Assembly: GCA_045627785.1 (NCBI GenBank)
Contig: JAZQOF010000012.1
Location: 1,238 to 65,237, forward strand
DNA: 64,000 nucleotides
DNA from: Bacteroidales bacterium
GTDB lineage: Bacteria; Bacteroidota; Bacteroidia; Bacteroidales; UBA3663
Direction: 5' to 3'
A model generated the notes under the pieces. It did no database searches. It saw nothing but the letters and a program-made list of their open reading frames with translations, and was not told the origin of the DNA. Position 1 is the stretch's first letter, and every line of letters begins with the position of its first letter. Both the position numbers and the translations under genes were made by a program. Shown here one piece after another: positions 18,468 through 26,948 of the stretch.

Positions 18468-19658
18468 ATGAAGAAGTATACATTATATATTACAATGGTA
18501 CTTGCAGCTATCTTATGTGGCTGCAGCAAGGAGAATGTCGGTGTCATCGATGGTGTTATTGCCAATGCTAATGGCGAGAGACTGTTCCTTCAACACATTT
18601 CCGGTGCACCGGTAATCGTAGATACACTTACGCTCGACGAGAAGGGTAAGTTCTCTTTCAAGACTACACTCGAGAAGGGTGGTCCTGACTACTTTAACCT
18701 CCGTATCGGCACTCAGTCTATTCCTCTTGTTTTCGATACATTGGCAACTCCAATCCATGTCAAGGCCGATCTCAAGACTTTCAGCAGCGACTATAGCGTT
18801 GGTGACAACGAGTTGAACAATCGTCTCAAGGCAGCCGTTCAGGAAGGAAACAATCTTCGTGCAGCTTTGCTGGAGGCAAGACGTAATGCTGCAAGTCAGG
18901 AAGAATACAGCCAGGCAGCAACTCCATTGGTCAATGCATACAAGGAGTCTGTACTTAAGAACTATATCTACCTGAATCCGGCAGATCCTGTTGCATACTA
19001 TGTATTGTTTGAGACAGTAGGCGGTGACAACATCTTCGTGCCATACGATGCTACCGACAGCCGTGCATTCGGTGCAGTTGCAACAAGCTGGTTGACCAAC
19101 TATCCGAATTCTCCACGTGTAGAGATCCTCTCAAAGGTTACTACCGAGGGTATGGCATATGCTCGTCGCGAGAAGCTTCTTGCCGAGAAGTCTGATTCGA
19201 TCGCAAGCAACATCCCTGTGACAGTGACAGACTATTTCGAGATCGTTCTCAACGATATCCGTGACAAGCAGGTCGCTCTCTCTTCTCTCTTGGGCAACAA
19301 TAATGTCGTTCTTCTCGACTTTACTGCATATTCTCTTTCTACATCTCCTGCTCACAATGCGATGCTTGCTGAGTTGTACAAGAAATATGAAAGCCGTGGC
19401 TTGAAGATCTATCAGGTTTGCCTGGATCCGGATGAGAACTTCTGGAAGGTAAGTGCAAACAACGTTCCTTGGACTTCAGTACGTGACAGCGAAGTCGTAT
19501 TCGATGCTGAAGGCAATATCCGTTACGCACCTTCTGCAGCAACATACAATGTTCAGGAGCTCCCTTCAATGTATCTTTTCGACAAGAGCGGAGCTTTATC
19601 ATTGAAAGTTGAGAACGGTACAAATATCGATAGCGAAATCCTTAAACTTCTAAGATAA
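18468..19658 (+). CDS. thioredoxin-fold (TlpA/AhpC-TSA-like) lipoprotein lacking the CxxC motif
   Basis: 396-aa ORF with lipobox LCGCS. C-terminal region VVLLDFTAYSLSTSPAHNAMLAELYKKYESRGLKIYQVCLD looks like a TlpA-type thioredoxin fold, but SLSTS sits where W-C-x-x-C is expected. Confidence 0.65.
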   Translation: MKKYTLYITMVLAAILCGCSKENVGVIDGVIANANGERLFLQHISGAPVIVDTLTLDEKGKFSFKTTLEKGGPDYFNLRIGTQSIPLVFDTLATPIHVKADLKTFSSDYSVGDNELNNRLKAAVQEGNNLRAALLEARRNAASQEEYSQAATPLVNAYKESVLKNYIYLNPADPVAYYVLFETVGGDNIFVPYDATDSRAFGAVATSWLTNYPNSPRVEILSKVTTEGMAYARREKLLAEKSDSIASNIPVTVTDYFEIVLNDIRDKQVALSSLLGNNNVVLLDFTAYSLSTSPAHNAMLAELYKKYESRGLKIYQVCLDPDENFWKVSANNVPWTSVRDSEVVFDAEGNIRYAPSAATYNVQELPSMYLFDKSGALSLKVENGTNIDSEILKLLR

Positions 19659-19692
19659 GAGAAAAACAAATATTTCAGGTTTAAGAATTCGC

Positions 19693-19730
19693 ATAACGCG
19701 GGGTTGAGGCCCTGCGTTATAATTTTTTTT
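19693..19730 (+). terminator. rho-independent terminator
   Basis: 11-bp stem ATAACGCGGGG / CCCTGCGTTAT (one G-U pair), loop TTGAGG, then AATTTTTTTT. Confidence 0.65.
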
Positions 19731-19757
19731 CTTAGAACAAACAAAAAACAATATACT

Positions 19758-20228
19758 ATGGCAGCAACTTATATGTCAGAAGAGGGCTACAAGAAGATCC
19801 TCGAAGAAATCAATTATTTGGAGAGTGTGGAACGTCCAAAGGCTTCACAGGCAATTGCAGAAGCTCGCGATAAGGGCGATTTGTCGGAAAATGCAGAATA
19901 CGATGCTGCAAAGGAGGCTCAGGGAAAGCTTGAGTCGCGCATCGCTATCCTCAAGGACCAGGTGGCTAATGCTCGTATCATCGATGCATCAAAGCTCAGT
20001 TGCGACAAGGTGCAGTTGATGAATAAGGTACGTCTTCTCAACAAGAAGATGAACAAGGAGATGATCTATACCATCGTTGCAGAAAGTGAGGCAAACTTCC
20101 GCGAAGGCAAGATCTCTGTTCAGACTCCAATCGCAAAGGCACTTCTCAACCATCAGGTAGGTGATGTCGTTGAGGTTAAGGTTCCGGCAGGCGTTCAGCA
20201 ACTTGAGATTCTCGAGATTTCTATTTAA
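19758..20228 (+). CDS. greA: transcription elongation factor GreA
   Basis: MAATYMSEEGYKKILEEINYLESVERPKASQAIAEARDKGDLSENAEYDAAKEAQ is a classic GreA coiled coil. I moved the start to ATG 19758 because 19704-19757 overlaps the upstream terminator. Confidence 0.93.
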   Translation: MAATYMSEEGYKKILEEINYLESVERPKASQAIAEARDKGDLSENAEYDAAKEAQGKLESRIAILKDQVANARIIDASKLSCDKVQLMNKVRLLNKKMNKEMIYTIVAESEANFREGKISVQTPIAKALLNHQVGDVVEVKVPAGVQQLEILEISI

Positions 20229-20262
20229 TTCTTCCATTCTTTCATTCTTTAATTCCTAAAGT

Positions 20263-20658
20263 ATGGCAAGCATTTTCTCACGAATCGTAGCAGGCGAGAT
20301 TCCTAGCTACAAGGTTGCAGAAGACGATAACTTCTACGCATTCCTCGATATCAACCCGGTTGCTAAGGGACATACACTCGTTATTCCAAAGCATGAAGTG
20401 GATTATATCTTTGACCAGAGCGACGATGCTATCGCTGCACACATGGTGTTCACAAAGCGTGTAGCAGCAGCAATCAAGAAAGCTATTCCTTGTGTCAAGG
20501 TCGGAATGTGTGTCATGGGTCTTGAGGTTCCTCACGCTCACATCCACGTTATCCCGCTCCAGCAGGAGGGTGACATGGATTTCCGCAAGGAGCATCTCAA
20601 ACTCGAAGCAGAAGAAATGAAGGCAATTGCAGAGAGCATTGCCAAGAACTTTGAATAA
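20263..20658 (+). CDS. HIT-family (histidine triad) nucleotide hydrolase
   Basis: 131-aa ORF with the histidine triad HAHIHVIP. Confidence 0.88.
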   Translation: MASIFSRIVAGEIPSYKVAEDDNFYAFLDINPVAKGHTLVIPKHEVDYIFDQSDDAIAAHMVFTKRVAAAIKKAIPCVKVGMCVMGLEVPHAHIHVIPLQQEGDMDFRKEHLKLEAEEMKAIAESIAKNFE

Positions 20659-20664
20659 GCAAAC

Positions 20665-21354
20665 ATGAACGATTTCTATAAATACGCTACCAAGCATGTC
20701 GGTTTGAACGGCAACGCCCTCAACCAGTACATGAACTTTACTTCCGCTGCGGCTTCGCCTGTTGTCGGACAGTATATCAACCCAACAATCATCGAGGAGC
20801 GTCCGCTCAACGTCGCTTCAATGGATGTGTTCAGCCGTCTGATGATGGATCGCATCATCTTCCTCGGCACAGAGATCAACGACTATTCTGCCAACGTGGT
20901 TCAGGCTCAGCTCCTTTACCTCGACAGCGCGGATCCAGGCAAGGACATCTCTATCTATCTCAATTCTCCTGGTGGTGTGGTATATGCTGGTCTTGGCATC
21001 TACGACACAATGCAGTATATCTCAAGCGATGTCTCTACAATCTGCACAGGCATGGCTGCCTCAATGGCTTCTGTTCTCCTCGTTGCAGGTAAGGAAGGCA
21101 AGCGTTTCGCTCTCCCTCACAGCCGTGTGATGATTCACCAGCCTATGGGTGGCGCACAGGGCCAGGCTTCCGACATGGAGATTACAGTCAAGGAGATCAA
21201 CAAACTCAAGGAAGAACTCTATACTATCATCGCCAATCATTCTCACCAGCCAATCGACCGCATCTACAAGGATGGTGATCGCGACTATTGGATGACAGCA
21301 GCCGAAGCTAAGGAATATGGCATGATCGATGACGTCTTGGTTAAGGCTAAATAA
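20665..21354 (+). CDS. clpP: ATP-dependent Clp protease proteolytic subunit
   Basis: 229-aa ORF. Catalytic Ser context TICTGMAASMASVLL. His context RVMIHQPMGG. Followed by clpX. Confidence 0.96.
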   Translation: MNDFYKYATKHVGLNGNALNQYMNFTSAAASPVVGQYINPTIIEERPLNVASMDVFSRLMMDRIIFLGTEINDYSANVVQAQLLYLDSADPGKDISIYLNSPGGVVYAGLGIYDTMQYISSDVSTICTGMAASMASVLLVAGKEGKRFALPHSRVMIHQPMGGAQGQASDMEITVKEINKLKEELYTIIANHSHQPIDRIYKDGDRDYWMTAAEAKEYGMIDDVLVKAK

Positions 21355-21397
21355 TTACTAATTATCAATTGTCAATTATTAATTATCAATTATCATT
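21353..21397. repeat. AT-rich heptamer tandem repeat (AATTATC/AATTGTC) in the clpP-clpX spacer
   Basis: aattactaattatcaattgtcaattattaattatcaattatcatt, about six 7-nt units. Confidence 0.9.
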
Positions 21398-21402
21398 AGC
21401 TC

Positions 21403-22644
21403 GTGGCACGACAATCACAAGATAAATGCAGTTTCTGCGGCAGGACTCGTAATGAAGTGAGCCTTTTGATCTCTGGCTTGAATGGCTTCATCTGCGACGA
21501 ATGTGCAGAACAGGCACACGACATCGTCAAAGAGACATTCAAGAAACTCAAGAAGGAATCTGAGGGACTGAATGTCGAACTTGATGAACTTCCAAAGCCA
21601 AAGGATATCAAGGCGTTTCTCGATGGCTATGTCATCGGACAGGACGAGGCAAAGCGTAATCTCTCTGTAGCCGTTTACAATCACTACAAGCGCCTGCTTC
21701 AGCCAAAGGATCAGAATGAGGTAGAGATCGAGAAGAGCAATATCATCATGGTAGGTTCGACTGGTACAGGTAAGACTCTTCTTGCGCGTACCATTGCCAA
21801 GATGCTTCATGTCCCGTTCGCCATCGTCGATGCAACAGTCTTGACGGAAGCCGGTTATGTCGGCGAAGACATCGAGAGCATTCTTACACGTCTCCTTCAG
21901 GCTGCCGACTATAATGTGGCACAGGCCGAGAAGGGTATCGTCTTCATCGATGAGATAGATAAGATCGCGCGTAAGGGCGACAACCCAAGCATCACACGAG
22001 ATGTCTCGGGTGAAGGTGTTCAGCAAGGACTTCTTAAGTTGCTCGAAGGCTCGAAGGTACTCGTTCCACCACAGGGTGGTCGCAAGCATCCTGATCAGAA
22101 GATGATCGAAGTCGATACACGCAACATACTCTTCATCTGTGGCGGTGCATTTGATGGCATCGAACGTAAGATCGGTAACCGTCTCAATACCCGCGCTGTC
22201 GGATTCTCAACCGATGCAGAGAAGAAAGAGGTTGACCGTTCAAATCTTCTTCAGTACATCACGCCGACCGATCTTAAGAGCTTCGGTCTCATTCCTGAGA
22301 TTATCGGACGTCTTCCTATCCTCACATATCTCAAGCCTCTCGATGCTGCAGCACTCCGTCAGATTCTCACAGAGCCGAAGAATGCTATCGTCAAGCAGTA
22401 TGTCAAGCTCTTCGAGATGGACGATATCAAGCTCACGTTCGACGACGAGGTATATCAGTACATCGTTGACAAGGCTGTGGAGTACAAGCTCGGTGCTCGC
22501 GGACTTCGTGGTATCGCCGAAGGCATCATGATGGATGCGATGTTCGACATGCCTTCGCAGAAAAAGAAGACACTCCATATCACTCTCGAATACGCAAAGC
22601 AGCAGCTTGCCAAGGCAAATATGGATAGAATGAGAGTAGAATAA
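21403..22644 (+). CDS. clpX: ATP-dependent Clp protease ATP-binding subunit ClpX
   Basis: 413-aa ORF with GTG start. Zinc ribbon CSFCGR...CDEC. Walker A GSTGTGKT. Walker B IVFIDEIDK. Confidence 0.97.
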   Translation: MARQSQDKCSFCGRTRNEVSLLISGLNGFICDECAEQAHDIVKETFKKLKKESEGLNVELDELPKPKDIKAFLDGYVIGQDEAKRNLSVAVYNHYKRLLQPKDQNEVEIEKSNIIMVGSTGTGKTLLARTIAKMLHVPFAIVDATVLTEAGYVGEDIESILTRLLQAADYNVAQAEKGIVFIDEIDKIARKGDNPSITRDVSGEGVQQGLLKLLEGSKVLVPPQGGRKHPDQKMIEVDTRNILFICGGAFDGIERKIGNRLNTRAVGFSTDAEKKEVDRSNLLQYITPTDLKSFGLIPEIIGRLPILTYLKPLDAAALRQILTEPKNAIVKQYVKLFEMDDIKLTFDDEVYQYIVDKAVEYKLGARGLRGIAEGIMMDAMFDMPSQKKKTLHITLEYAKQQLAKANMDRMRVE

Positions 22645-22650
22645 TCTCAG

Positions 22651-22686
22651 ATAATTATCAATTATCAATTGTCAATTATCAATTAG
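22651..22686. repeat. AT-rich heptamer tandem repeat (ATCAATT/GTCAATT) in the clpX-GSCFA spacer
   Basis: ataattatcaattatcaattgtcaattatcaattag. Shares the 24-nt TTATCAATTGTCAATTATCAATTA exactly with the block at 59548. Confidence 0.9.
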
Positions 22687-22687
22687 A

Positions 22688-23611
22688 ATGCGATTAAGAA
22701 CCGAACTGGAGCCGGCACCGTTAAGACAGAGACTATCCTGTCGCGATGGAATCTTCATCCTTGGATCATGTTTCGCCGATAATATCGGAACATGGCTCAA
22801 GGAGTCATACCTCAGCGTCTGCTGTAATCCATTCGGAGTCTTATATAATCCAGCAAGCATTGCCTCCTCAATCGAAAGAATGCTCAAACCAGGCAGTTCG
22901 TCGGAGTTCACTGCAGTGCAGGCTCCCGACGGACTTTATTATAGCTTCATGCATCACGGCAGTTTCTCTGGCATGACACCGGAGGAACTGCTTAATCATT
23001 TAAATACAGCCGAGCAGGATGCTTCTTCCGCTTTTTCTCAGTCTCAGCATATCATCGTCACGTTCGGCACAGCTTGGGTTTACGAGAGGGAAGGAGCAAT
23101 CGTCGCCAACTGCCATAAGTTCCCTGCAAAGACATTCACACGTCGTCGTCTTTCTGTCGATGAGATTGTTGGGATGTGGCGTCCATTGATCCAGTCAACC
23201 GACAAGCATTTCATATTCACCGTCAGCCCTATCCGTCATATCAAAGACACACTTCACGGAAACCAGATCAGCAAATCCACACTTCTATTAGCCATCGACA
23301 CTCTATGCGCACAGTTCCCGGATCGTGTCGAGTATCTACCTATCTACGAACTTCTCATCGACGATCTTCGCGATTACCGTTTCTATGCAGAGGATCTTGT
23401 CCATCCAAGTTCCGTTGCAATTGAGATCGTCAAAGATTACTTTGCAGAGAACTGCCTTGACAAGGAATGCCAGAAATATCTGAAAGAAGTAGAACCTCTG
23501 GTCAAAGCAAAAAAACATCGCCCTCTGAATCCAGAAAGCGATGCATATCAATCATTCGTCAAAGACACTCAAGAAAAGCTTAAGGCTTTGAGATCAAGTT
23601 ACCGTTTGTAA
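22688..23611 (+). CDS. GSCFA-domain protein
   Basis: 307-aa ORF containing the name-giving motif in FILGSCFADNIG. Confidence 0.8.
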   Translation: MRLRTELEPAPLRQRLSCRDGIFILGSCFADNIGTWLKESYLSVCCNPFGVLYNPASIASSIERMLKPGSSSEFTAVQAPDGLYYSFMHHGSFSGMTPEELLNHLNTAEQDASSAFSQSQHIIVTFGTAWVYEREGAIVANCHKFPAKTFTRRRLSVDEIVGMWRPLIQSTDKHFIFTVSPIRHIKDTLHGNQISKSTLLLAIDTLCAQFPDRVEYLPIYELLIDDLRDYRFYAEDLVHPSSVAIEIVKDYFAENCLDKECQKYLKEVEPLVKAKKHRPLNPESDAYQSFVKDTQEKLKALRSSYRL

Positions 23612-23677
23612 TTTCCTTTCTTATTATTTAGAAGTTTAGTCGACAGCAATATTATATTTTGATATGTTTCTGTGATA

Positions 23678-23711
23678 TTTGGCGAATGTATTATTATTTG
23701 ATGTATCTTTG
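23678..23711 (+). promoter_or_regulatory. candidate promoter (TTTG-N22-TATCTTTG) upstream of the toxin-antitoxin pair
   Basis: TATCTTTG at 23704-23711 matches TAnnTTTG. It would give a leader of about 210 nt containing the hairpin AATCATTC...GAATGATT. Confidence 0.3.
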
Positions 23712-23928
23712 CCATAGAAATCATTCGACGTTACTTAATGCGGAATGATTCACTTGTATTACTATAACAATAATAATTTATGAGAAAAAACCTAAAACAA
23801 GGGGATGTAGCGTCATCTTCTCAACTACAGAGGGCACAAAGCATGCAAGTTGTAGAAAAATCGACATGTTTTAGAAAAAAACAGTCCGAAATGTTGTATA
23901 AGTGTATAACAATTTATAACTTTGCAGT

Positions 23929-24270
23929 ATGGTAAGGAAGATAATTGCATATAAGGATTATTATTCCAAATTCATGAATTCCTTACAAGAGAGCGAAAGG
24001 CTTAAGATACAAAGAGCTTTATTATTGTTCTTGAACAAGGAAAGAATTCCGTTTCACTATATTAAATATCTACGGGATGATATCTATGAATTTAGAGTTA
24101 CGCACTTAGGTAATGAATTCAGATTATTCTTCTGTTATGATGGAGATGCTTTGGTTATTCTATTCAATGGAATAAAGAAAAAAACGCAGAAGACTCCGAG
24201 AAATGAAATTGATAAAGCTGAACGATTAAAAAAAGAATATTATGAAAGCAAAGGAAAACAAATGCTATGA
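23929..24270 (+). CDS. type II toxin, RelE/ParE superfamily (HigB / phage Gp49-like)
   Basis: 113-aa ORF. The N-terminal KIIAYKDYYSKF pattern and size fit Gp49/HigB-like toxins. It overlaps the downstream HTH gene by 29 nt, in the toxin-first order typical of hig modules. Confidence 0.7.
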   Translation: MVRKIIAYKDYYSKFMNSLQESERLKIQRALLLFLNKERIPFHYIKYLRDDIYEFRVTHLGNEFRLFFCYDGDALVILFNGIKKKTQKTPRNEIDKAERLKKEYYESKGKQML

Positions 24271-24550
24271 TGTAACCGCAGAACTTGATTCAGTATTTGG
24301 TCCTGTAGATTCAGAAAGCAGGAAAAGAGCTGAAGACTTGGCTTGGGAAGAGTATAATTGTCAGATCTTGCTTGATGCAAGAAAATCTGCAGGATTGACG
24401 CAACAGGAAGTCGCTGAAAAGATAGGAGTAAATAAAGGTTATATATCTCGTCTTGAAAGAGGTTTGACCGTGCCCACTATCTCTACTTTCTATCGCATTG
24501 TTTCTGCAATGGGATTTAGTGTAGTACTAAAGCCAGCATATCAAAGATGA
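24242..24550 (+). CDS. XRE-family HTH antitoxin (HigA-like)
   Basis: 102-aa ORF with HTH_XRE signature LTQQEVAEKIGVNKGYISRLERG. Confidence 0.8.
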   Translation: MKAKENKCYDVTAELDSVFGPVDSESRKRAEDLAWEEYNCQILLDARKSAGLTQQEVAEKIGVNKGYISRLERGLTVPTISTFYRIVSAMGFSVVLKPAYQR

Positions 24551-24577
24551 AGGTAGGCTTGAAACTCTAAAAATATC

Positions 24578-24617
24578 GCCCCGATGTCCTTGTCTATGAC
24601 TTCGGGGCTTATTTTTT
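24578..24617. terminator. bidirectional hairpin terminator between higA-like gene and the end of the fimbrillin locus
   Basis: Stem GCCCCGA / TCGGGGC with a 17-nt loop. TTATTTTTT follows on the + strand and ATATTTTTA on the - strand. Confidence 0.7.
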
Positions 24618-26937
24618 AATGTACACGAGGATATTGTCCGACGTGGAAAGTGTAATTTCTTGTCTTAAAATGCTCGCCGCTGCTTTTTTGTATCTCTTCA
24701 TTAAGAGCATTTACCACACCTTCCTTCTGCATCTCAGTTGTTGTTTTCCCACAAGTATCCATATCACCAGCCGTTACGCCTTTCATCTTATCCTTGTCGA
24801 AGAAACAGGTTGTGATACTTGAAGATGTGCCATTTTGTGCAGAAATACCTCCAAATACTTTTTCGCCACTGCCGCTATAAGAGCTGCTGATCTTACCGAT
24901 AGCAATACTTGCAACGATTGAACCATTATTTATTCCTGTAATTCCTCCTGTGTATTGAGCTGCGCTCTTGAAGTCACCTTGCGTTTTGCATGCGAAGATA
25001 GTTCCATTATTTACTCCACAAATAAAGCCGGAATATGTTTCTGATGATGCAGATGTGCTTGTGCTTGTAAGATTAATCTCCTTATTATTCTTAGCATATA
25101 CATGGCATCCGCAGAGTGTGCCATTATTTACTTCTGCAAGACATCCTCCACCATTAATCGGACCAATCACATCTTCCAGCTGCAAGGTTTCAATATGTGC
25201 ATTTGCTCCGATATTTGTGAACAAAGGTTTTCCTTTCAGTAACTTTATAATACGGTTACCACCGTCAAAATATCCATTAAATTGTTTGTCAGCAGTTCCA
25301 ATGCCTGGCCAAACTATGTCCGTCGATTTCAAGTCTTTTTGAAGGAAAAGGTCTGCCTCAAGCTTAACATATTTACCAGCAAAAGATTGTGATTGCCTAT
25401 CTGAATCTTCAACTCTCGTATTGTTTGTTTTGTCTTCTTTTAATGTTTTGGTTGCATTCACTTCGTATGCAAATGAGAGTAATTGCCTTGCCGTCTTAAT
25501 TGTGAAAGGACTCTCTTTAGTTCCATCATGGCCATAGATATCTTTAAGAATTGTTGTCGCATTTCCTTGACCATCTTTTTCGTAATACAGCCAGGTCGCA
25601 TCTTCTATAGTTGCTAATTCATCACCAGCGATAGTCACATTGGTACGGTTGTAAGTATCAAGGAATGTCGATACTTTCTGAAGATTTGATTTATCAGGAG
25701 TTGAAACGTCGTCCCAATTGTAGTACATTGCTCCAATATTAATTGGTTCACCACGGTGGTTCAAGGAAACTCGGACTGTAGTACAATACCCCGCTTTGAA
25801 CAATATATCATCCATATGAACACCATAAGTGTGATCCTCCATCTCATTAGGTTTCAACGCATTTGGATAAGTTACAGTATATTGTATATCAAATCCATTT
25901 CCATTAATTTCTTTCGTCTGAGCACCAGGTACGATCAAAGAATAGAAAGTAAAGGTCTTGTTTGAACCTGTACCTTCACCTTGTGGACGAGGTTGCCAGG
26001 CTTTGATATTTACTAGACCATCTCCAGTTTGCATATCATTGATTACACCCCAACCAGGAAGATCTGTATCGTTTTCGTTCGAGTTTGTGCCAGTCTGTGT
26101 CCATTTATATTTCCAAGGTTGATTCAATACCAATAAATCTTTGATAGTTGTCTTGGCGTCTTGGCTTCCATCTGATACTGCAAATTCTCTAATATCAATA
26201 ATTACTCGTAGCGAAGCAAGAGCATGGCGATAATATAGAGTTGTGGTCATACCACCAATGTCTGCTAATTGCTCGGTATTGTAGAAAAGAAGAAGATCTT
26301 CATTCTTGAGACGTGAGCATGTTTTATCTACAACTAGCTTGGCTTTCGCGTCATACTCAAATTCTCCATCGTAGATTGATGATGATGTAAATGTGCCCTT
26401 TACGCTAAAATCTACAATATTGTCAGAACTTTTACTGAATTGCCCATGGAAAACATCAGGAATTCCTGTTGAGGAAGTTGTCCATTTGTCAGCCTTGTTT
26501 TTCCAGTCCTGAGGCAAAGAATAACCAATAAATGTATGATATGAGGCATTGTCAGACCAATAGATACGATCGGCCACTTCGTAACCATTGACGCCGTCGC
26601 CTTTGGTTCTTGCCCAAGCTAAATCGCTGTTGGATTTGTAAAATATATTCTTATATGAATAATGAGATAACGCAGCTTGAGTTCTTTCAAACTTAGTTAT
26701 TATCATTTCATCATCTTTAATGAATGTCGATCTGCCGACATAGTCTGTATTGTATTCATCTGCCGATGAACGAGTAGTGCTGGTTGAGGATCCGGCTACT
26801 ACAGCTTTTATGCCCGTCAGTTCAATACCATCATGCTCCTGTTCTGGCTTCTCTTCAATGATAGCTGCAGAGTCAGAACAAGCCGCCAGAATAGTAAGTA
26901 TTAATATATATATATAATGTATATAATTTCTTTGCAT
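24616..26937 (-). CDS. fimbrillin-superfamily lipoprotein with C-terminal GLUG-like adhesin module
   Basis: 773 aa. Lipobox LAACSD. Arg site STTRSS. Strand motif YYRHALASLRVII. Linker FTIKTARQLLSFAYEV and FNGYFDGGNRIIKL. GLUG-like YSGFICGVNNGTIFAC, YTGGITGINNGSIVAS, VFGGISAQNG. Confidence 0.7.
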   Translation of the reverse strand: MQRNYIHYIYILILTILAACSDSAAIIEEKPEQEHDGIELTGIKAVVAGSSTSTTRSSADEYNTDYVGRSTFIKDDEMIITKFERTQAALSHYSYKNIFYKSNSDLAWARTKGDGVNGYEVADRIYWSDNASYHTFIGYSLPQDWKNKADKWTTSSTGIPDVFHGQFSKSSDNIVDFSVKGTFTSSSIYDGEFEYDAKAKLVVDKTCSRLKNEDLLLFYNTEQLADIGGMTTTLYYRHALASLRVIIDIREFAVSDGSQDAKTTIKDLLVLNQPWKYKWTQTGTNSNENDTDLPGWGVINDMQTGDGLVNIKAWQPRPQGEGTGSNKTFTFYSLIVPGAQTKEINGNGFDIQYTVTYPNALKPNEMEDHTYGVHMDDILFKAGYCTTVRVSLNHRGEPINIGAMYYNWDDVSTPDKSNLQKVSTFLDTYNRTNVTIAGDELATIEDATWLYYEKDGQGNATTILKDIYGHDGTKESPFTIKTARQLLSFAYEVNATKTLKEDKTNNTRVEDSDRQSQSFAGKYVKLEADLFLQKDLKSTDIVWPGIGTADKQFNGYFDGGNRIIKLLKGKPLFTNIGANAHIETLQLEDVIGPINGGGCLAEVNNGTLCGCHVYAKNNKEINLTSTSTSASSETYSGFICGVNNGTIFACKTQGDFKSAAQYTGGITGINNGSIVASIAIGKISSSYSGSGEKVFGGISAQNGTSSSITTCFFDKDKMKGVTAGDMDTCGKTTTEMQKEGVVNALNEEIQKSSGEHFKTRNYTFHVGQYPRVH

Positions 26938-26948
26938 ATATAAAAGTA

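Noticed and set aside
23917-23924. TAACTTTG box just upstream of the toxin gene considered as its promoter
   Set aside because: It ends only 4 nt before the ATG at 23929, so the expected transcription start would fall inside the coding sequence. The upstream box at 23704-23711 is the more plausible promoter.
23780-23935. 51-aa basic ORF (MRKNLKQGDVASSSQLQRAQ...) in the leader of the toxin-antitoxin pair, overlapping the toxin start by 7 nt
   Set aside because: It is too short, has no recognisable motif and lies in an AT-rich region where such ORFs arise easily. It cannot be supported without conservation or ribosome-profiling data.
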